From an uncultured Enterobacterales bacterium (GTDB taxonomy: Bacteria > Pseudomonadota > Gammaproteobacteria > Enterobacterales > Succinivibrionaceae), in contig CAZYXT010000001.1 of assembly GCA_964651505.1 (NCBI GenBank), positions 499-64,498 of the forward strand: DNA of 64,000 nucleotides. The letters are read 5' to 3'. Below the pieces are notes generated by a model that did not search any database, was not told the origin of the DNA, and saw only the letters and a program-made list of their open reading frames with translations. The position numbers and the translations under genes were made by a program. This document shows, one piece after another, positions 57,030 through 64,000 of the stretch (positions are counted from its first letter, which is position 1; each line of letters starts with the position of its first letter).

Positions 57030-57740
57030 ATGTCAACATCGTCGGTCGACTACAGCACCATAGGCAAGACGCAAGCCTATATTAACGCGCAGAATGCGGA
57101 GTCCACATCCTCCAGCAGCACCATTTTAGATCAAGAAGACTTTTTGCTGATGCTGACCACCCAGCTTGAGAACCAAGATCCCACCGAGCCTGTGGATAAC
57201 TCTCAAATGGTTACGCAGCTGTCTCAATTGTCCATGATGGAAAGTTTGACTTCCATCTCCGACAATATGTCAAGCATCGTCACCGCAGTTAACTCGTCAG
57301 CGGCCTTGTCTGCTTCGTCCTTGGTAGGCCGCTCCGTCTTGGTAAACACCGATGAAGCCTTCTTTGACGGCGTCAATTCCGTTTATGCCAAGATAGATGC
57401 CGGCAGCACCGGCGCCACCGACATCACCATCGTGATCAAAGACTCCAGCGGATCGATTGTGGCCGAATACACGGCATCAAGCGGCGTCGATGAGATGCAG
57501 TTTGTCTGGGATGGCATCAAGACCGAAGCGACTGAAGATTCGGAGGCCGAATACTACTCCTCAGGCATGTACACCATCGAGGCCACCGGCATGAGAAACG
57601 GCACAGCCGTAAGCCTCCCGGTTTATGTCTATGCCACGGTAGGCTCGGTAACCTTGGGGTCGAGCTACTCGGATACGATCTTGAACCTCGTAGGCTACGG
57701 CGACGTAACCTTGAGCGAGGTCGAAGAGATTTCATTGTAG
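57030..57740 (+). CDS. flgD: Flagellar hook capping/assembly protein FlgD
   Basis: N-terminal FlgD motif DQEDFLLMLTTQLENQDPTEPVDNSQMVTQLSQLSMME. C-terminal Ig-like/FlgD_ig domain. Confidence 0.9.
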   Translation: MSTSSVDYSTIGKTQAYINAQNAESTSSSSTILDQEDFLLMLTTQLENQDPTEPVDNSQMVTQLSQLSMMESLTSISDNMSSIVTAVNSSAALSASSLVGRSVLVNTDEAFFDGVNSVYAKIDAGSTGATDITIVIKDSSGSIVAEYTASSGVDEMQFVWDGIKTEATEDSEAEYYSSGMYTIEATGMRNGTAVSLPVYVYATVGSVTLGSSYSDTILNLVGYGDVTLSEVEEISL

Positions 57741-57918
57741 TCTAATTAGCCGAGCGCGGCGGCAACTTGTTGCCGCGCTATGAGGCAAGGATGGGGTGTT
57801 TTTTGCCGCGTCCTTATTTTTTTTGTCCCCTGCCTCCTTTTCCTCTCCATTTTGTTTTTGACCTTTTTGCGGTCATCCTTTGTCTTTGGCTCAAATCAAG
57901 ACCGATTTTTCGCAAGCG

Positions 57919-57942
57919 TTTATGCGCAAACTTGCGCATAAA
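57919..57942. repeat. Perfect 24-bp palindrome (11-bp arms, 2-nt spacer)
   Basis: TTTATGCGCAA-ac-TTGCGCATAAA, read directly. A related CGCAAGCG lies immediately upstream. Confidence 0.9.
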
Positions 57943-58009
57943 CCCCGGGTTGCATTAAAAAAACGCTGAAAATCAAAGAGTTAGCCTGTTAAAATTTTGG
58001 AGGGCGTGC

Positions 58010-58037
58010 TTAAGTTGAGATTTGACGAATCCGATAA
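58010..58037 (+). promoter_or_regulatory. Candidate sigma-28 (FliA) promoter upstream of flaG
   Basis: TTAAGTTG, 12-nt spacer, TCCGATAA, compared with the consensus TAAAGTTT-N11-GCCGATAA. It lies about 85 nt upstream of the flaG ATG. Confidence 0.55.
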
Positions 58038-58121
58038 TTTTATTAGTAAGACCGTGCGTCTTCACAGGAGAGAATTTTATTACTTGACTATTTGAAGTTT
58101 GCCTCATGTCAGGAGGTTCAG

Positions 58122-58667
58122 ATGAGCATTAACTTGCACGCAGTATCAGGAGAGAATACTCCCAAGCTTAATAACACCCCTGCCTCTTCACAGCAGGAGC
58201 AACAGGAAGTAAAGACCGTATCTCGTTCGGACTCGCAGCTTGAAACCGGACAGGCGACGGCTGCCGGCTCAAGCAGCACCAAGACCAAAGCCTACGATCA
58301 AAACAGAGGCGGCAATGCTGCCATTCAAGAGCAGGCGCTGCGGGCGGCGGCACAACAGACAGAGGACGAAGAGGTCAATGAGGCCAGGCGCGAGCAGGCC
58401 GAACAATTGGTCGAAGATCTCAAGCAAAAGGAATTGGCTTTGTCCTTTGAGATTGAAAAAGATCTCGATCGCACCTTGATCTCGGTGACCGACAAGAGCA
58501 CCGAAGATGTGATAAGACAGATCCCGTCAGAGGAATTTGTGCGCATTGCCAAAAGCATGCAGAAGTTTCGCGACGGCACCTTGGTAGGGCCCGAGGCCAA
58601 CGCAGTTTTGACCAAGAGCGAAAATCCGCCCGAGTTAAAAGGCGTGCTCTTTGATCACAATGCCTAA
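58122..58667 (+). CDS. flaG: Flagellar protein FlaG
   Basis: The C-terminal region LALSFEIEKDLDRTLISVTDKSTEDVIRQIPSEEFVRIAK matches the FlaG family core. AGGAGG RBS before ATG 58122. Confidence 0.8.
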   Translation: MSINLHAVSGENTPKLNNTPASSQQEQQEVKTVSRSDSQLETGQATAAGSSSTKTKAYDQNRGGNAAIQEQALRAAAQQTEDEEVNEARREQAEQLVEDLKQKELALSFEIEKDLDRTLISVTDKSTEDVIRQIPSEEFVRIAKSMQKFRDGTLVGPEANAVLTKSENPPELKGVLFDHNA

Positions 58668-58745
58668 AGCAGATGTCCTTTTGCGGCGTCAATTCTGGTA
58701 TGCTTACGGAATTGGCGCCATGTCTTGTAAAGGAGAGAACTGCAT

Positions 58746-59177
58746 ATGTACGGACGCTACATGAAAGGCTATCGCAAAACCAAACTTGAGGCCGAGCTGT
58801 CGGTGGCCACCCCCCACCGCGTGTTGCAGATGATGTTCGAGGGATTGCTTGAGCGCTTGGCGCAAGCCAAAGGTGCCATCGAGATCCAAGATCTGGCAGC
58901 CAAGTCTGAAATGCTTTCCAAGGCTGTCGGCATCATCAACGGTCTGCAAATGTCCATTGACCAAAGCGTTGATCCGGAGCTGGGCCAAAGGCTCAGTCAA
59001 ATGTACGAATACATGAAACAAAGGCTTAACGATGCTTCGGTGAGCCTTGACACGGCTGCCATTGATGAGGTGATCGAGCTTATCACCCCCATCAAGGAAG
59101 CGTGGGATAACATCCCCTCCGATGTGCGCGACAAAATGAATGCCGTGCTTGAGGCACAAAAAGGTCTTAAAAAATAG
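58746..59177 (+). CDS. fliS: Flagellin-specific export chaperone FliS
   Basis: Four-helix FliS pattern (VATPHRVLQMMFEGLLERLAQAKGAIE...KAVGIINGLQMSID...LSQMYEYMKQRL). Size 143 aa. Confidence 0.88.
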   Translation: MYGRYMKGYRKTKLEAELSVATPHRVLQMMFEGLLERLAQAKGAIEIQDLAAKSEMLSKAVGIINGLQMSIDQSVDPELGQRLSQMYEYMKQRLNDASVSLDTAAIDEVIELITPIKEAWDNIPSDVRDKMNAVLEAQKGLKK

Positions 59178-59312
59178 CATTTTGTACTCCCGGGGCCTGA
59201 TCGCTTCGGGTTTGACATCAGATAAATGCCCCTTTAAAATTTCCAAGATCCGAAGGGTACTCCCTTCGAGATTTAATCAAGAATTTTCATCCACAAAAAG
59301 AGGGCATTGGGT

Positions 59313-62148
<2,836 letters not shown>

Positions 62149-62169
62149 GCGAGGCTCGGCGCAAATTAA

Positions 62170-62192
62170 AAGAGCAGGACAGGCCTGCTCTT
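62170..62192. terminator. Bidirectional hairpin terminator between convergent ligA and mltD
   Basis: AAGAGCAGG-acagg-CCTGCTCTT flanked by A-run and T residues. Confidence 0.65.
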
Positions 62193-62220
62193 GATTGCGT
62201 ATTACGGTTCATGTTTCAAG

Positions 62221-63279
62221 TTAATTCTGAGCGCTCAGCCTTGAAAGCTCAGGCGGCGACTGCTCGATGCCGATGGCCATCTCGAGGCGCTTGGCATTTT
62301 CGGTAGGCACCAAAAGCCCTCTTTGCTTGTCGCTTTTTAACGAATCTGACAGATAACCTGCATTTAAGTGTTTTAACACGCTCAAATTGGTGCCCGACAG
62401 CTTGGCAGCCTGCTGCATGGAGCTGATCTTGCCTGCAATCTGCACCCGCTTGAAAGCAGGGCGGTTTTGAATTTCAGGACGCTTGGCCCCGAAATCCTGA
62501 GGATTGCGCAACAGCTCTGCATAGGCATGGAACCTTCTGACATAGCTTTTGGCCCCTGAGCTCAGCTGCACGGTATCCATGTTCAGATCTTTGTCGGCCA
62601 CGCCGCGAGATTTGGCTGCGCGAATGGCCCTCTTGACGGCAAATTCGCCCTGATTGTAGGCTGCTGCGGCCAGATCCCAGTTGCGCCCGCACTCTTTGTA
62701 CAGGTGCTCAAGGTAGCGCAATGAAGCATCGGTCGACTCGATGAAGTCATAAAACTCATCGTAGTTGGCAGTCCTGGTCAGACCCAATGACTTGCCGGTG
62801 GAACGGATAAACTGCCAGGGGCCGTGGGCTCCGGCATGGGACTTGGCCCGCGGGTTAAAGCCGCTTTCAACCAGCGGCAGCGCTGCCAGCTCCAAAGGCA
62901 GATTGCGCTCTTTTAACTCGCTTAACAGGTGGTACATGAATAAAGACGAGGCTTCCATGTGGATCTCAAAAGAGCGCACCAGTTTTTTGGCCTCGCGTTT
63001 TTCACGGTCGGTCAGCTTCAAATCGAGCTTAAAACGATCGGCATTGAACAGTTCGCTGTTCCACAAAGAGCCGGGTTCTTCCTCCTCATCGGGAGTCTTC
63101 TTTTTTGTTTCCACCGTGATGGGGGCGGCATTCAACGCAAGAGTTATCTGATCTATAAGCTCGCTTTGGCTGGAAGCGGCGGTCAAATTGGCAGGAGCTC
63201 TATGGGAAGTGCAGGCACTTGCGAAGAGCAGTCCTCCGGCGATCACCATGCTTACAATCAAAAGTGTGTTTTTAATCAT
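62221..63279 (-). CDS. mltD: Membrane-bound lytic murein transglycosylase D-like lipoprotein (SLT domain + LysM)
   Basis: Lipobox (FASAC). SLT catalytic region (ALPLVESGFNP...AGAHGPWQFI...YNQGEFAV). C-terminal LysM (RVQIAGKISSMQQAAKLSGTNLSVLKHLN). Confidence 0.8.
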   Translation of the reverse strand: MIKNTLLIVSMVIAGGLLFASACTSHRAPANLTAASSQSELIDQITLALNAAPITVETKKKTPDEEEEPGSLWNSELFNADRFKLDLKLTDREKREAKKLVRSFEIHMEASSLFMYHLLSELKERNLPLELAALPLVESGFNPRAKSHAGAHGPWQFIRSTGKSLGLTRTANYDEFYDFIESTDASLRYLEHLYKECGRNWDLAAAAYNQGEFAVKRAIRAAKSRGVADKDLNMDTVQLSSGAKSYVRRFHAYAELLRNPQDFGAKRPEIQNRPAFKRVQIAGKISSMQQAAKLSGTNLSVLKHLNAGYLSDSLKSDKQRGLLVPTENAKRLEMAIGIEQSPPELSRLSAQN

Positions 63280-63322
63280 CTAATCCTACTTGCCCGGAAT
63301 GGGCGCAAGTTGAACATTGACG

Positions 63323-63787
63323 TCAGCCGATATAGCCTTGGTCGGCAATCAGGCCGGCGCCGCCTGCGGCGCTTTTGGCTAAAACATCACAGCGTTCGTT
63401 TTCAGGATGACCGCTGTGGCCTTTAACCCATTTCCAGGAGAGCTTGTGAACTTGCGTCAGCTCATCTAATCTGCGCCACAAATCCTGGTTTTTTACAGGC
63501 TTCTTGTCGGAGGTCCGCCAGCCGTTGCGCTTCCAGCCCTCGATCCACTTTTGGATGCCGTCTTTGACATAACGGCTGTCCGTGGTTACGGTGACCGCGC
63601 AGGGCCGTTTGATGGCCTCAAGACCTGCAATAACTGCTCTTAACTCCATGCGGTTGTTGGTGGTGTTGTAAAAGCCCTGCTTAAGTTCTTTTACATGTTC
63701 TTTGTACTTTAAGATCACCCCGTAACCGCCGCGCCCGGGATTGCCTAAACTGCATCCGTCGCAGAAGAGCAATACTTGTTGTTGCAT
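63323..63787 (-). CDS. rnhA: Ribonuclease HI
   Basis: LLFCDGCSLGNPGRGGYG, TNNRMELRA, TDSRYV, WKWVKGHSGHPENERCD catalytic DEDD contexts. ATG 63787 matches the usual N terminus. Confidence 0.93.
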   Translation of the reverse strand: MQQQVLLFCDGCSLGNPGRGGYGVILKYKEHVKELKQGFYNTTNNRMELRAVIAGLEAIKRPCAVTVTTDSRYVKDGIQKWIEGWKRNGWRTSDKKPVKNQDLWRRLDELTQVHKLSWKWVKGHSGHPENERCDVLAKSAAGGAGLIADQGYIG

Positions 63788-64000
63788 ATGCCCCATGACC
63801 CGCCTGTAAAACACCTTGATATATTCACCTTAGCAGGCAGGATTGCTTAATCTCTGACAGTGTTTGCTGTCTGCCTTAGCCCCTATTATACCCCGATTGT
63901 GGCAAAAGTTTTTGCACAGCTCACAGTTTGCGCGAATAATAATTATCATTAAATGACATAATTTCCCTGAAAAACAATGAGTTGGCAAAAATGCCCTGTA

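Noticed and set aside
57767-57958. 63-aa ORF downstream of flgD
   Set aside because: It has a TTG start and no RBS. Its Phe/Leu/Pro/Cys-rich sequence is simply the translation of the polypyrimidine tract.
63977-64000. Possible start of a divergent gene (dnaQ is expected next to rnhA)
   Set aside because: Only about 8 codons are visible before the window ends, and they show no recognisable DnaQ motif. There is not enough sequence to call it.

Overview
This is a chromosomal segment of a gammaproteobacterium. The flagellar regulatory layout is Vibrio/Aeromonas-like (FlrA/FleQ-type sigma-54 activator, CheV/CheR next to flgA and flgBC). Several gene-neighbourhood blocks are familiar from enteric genomes: zapG-degQ-degS, rplM-rpsI-sspB, lpoA/rsmI, rcsF-trmO, zipA-ligA, mltD/rnhA. 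A finer taxonomic call is not possible from the sequence alone.

Most of the window is housekeeping:
- pheA, a kdgK-eda module with a GntR regulator, and ung
- ribD-ribE-ribH-nusB, thiI, slyD, glgC, a dgt-like gene, mtnN
- RNase P RNA (rnpB), recognised directly from its conserved core

Flagellar and chemotaxis genes are split into at least four separate pieces:
- flrA fused into an operon with pseB-pseC-pseF-pseG
- flgJ-flgK-flgL
- flgA / cheV-cheR-flgB-flgC
- an orphan flgD, followed by flaG-fliS

Clearly accessory or decayed material:
- An IS4/IS1634-like insertion sequence at 37962-39676. It has 25-bp imperfect terminal inverted repeats and sits between the dgt-like stop codon and a highly divergent ISAs1-like ORF carrying a tandem-repeat acidic tail.
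- An islet between zapG and rplM holding an AraC-family pseudogene (two in-frame stops and one frameshift located), an MFS transporter and an HxlR regulator.

Other points worth a second look:
- domain fusions: Eda plus a VOC-like domain, and HAD plus Nudix
- a PilE-like pilin domain without a canonical prepilin signal
- a T13 homopolymer in the flgJ leader
- recurring TGGCAC-type sigma-54 promoter motifs
- a perfect 24-bp palindrome and a long polypyrimidine tract between flgD and flaG

I found no CRISPR array, tRNA or rRNA. No recognisable multi-gene defence system is supportable from the sequence alone. The best candidates for something undescribed are the ISAs1-derived acidic-tail protein and its neighbourhood.
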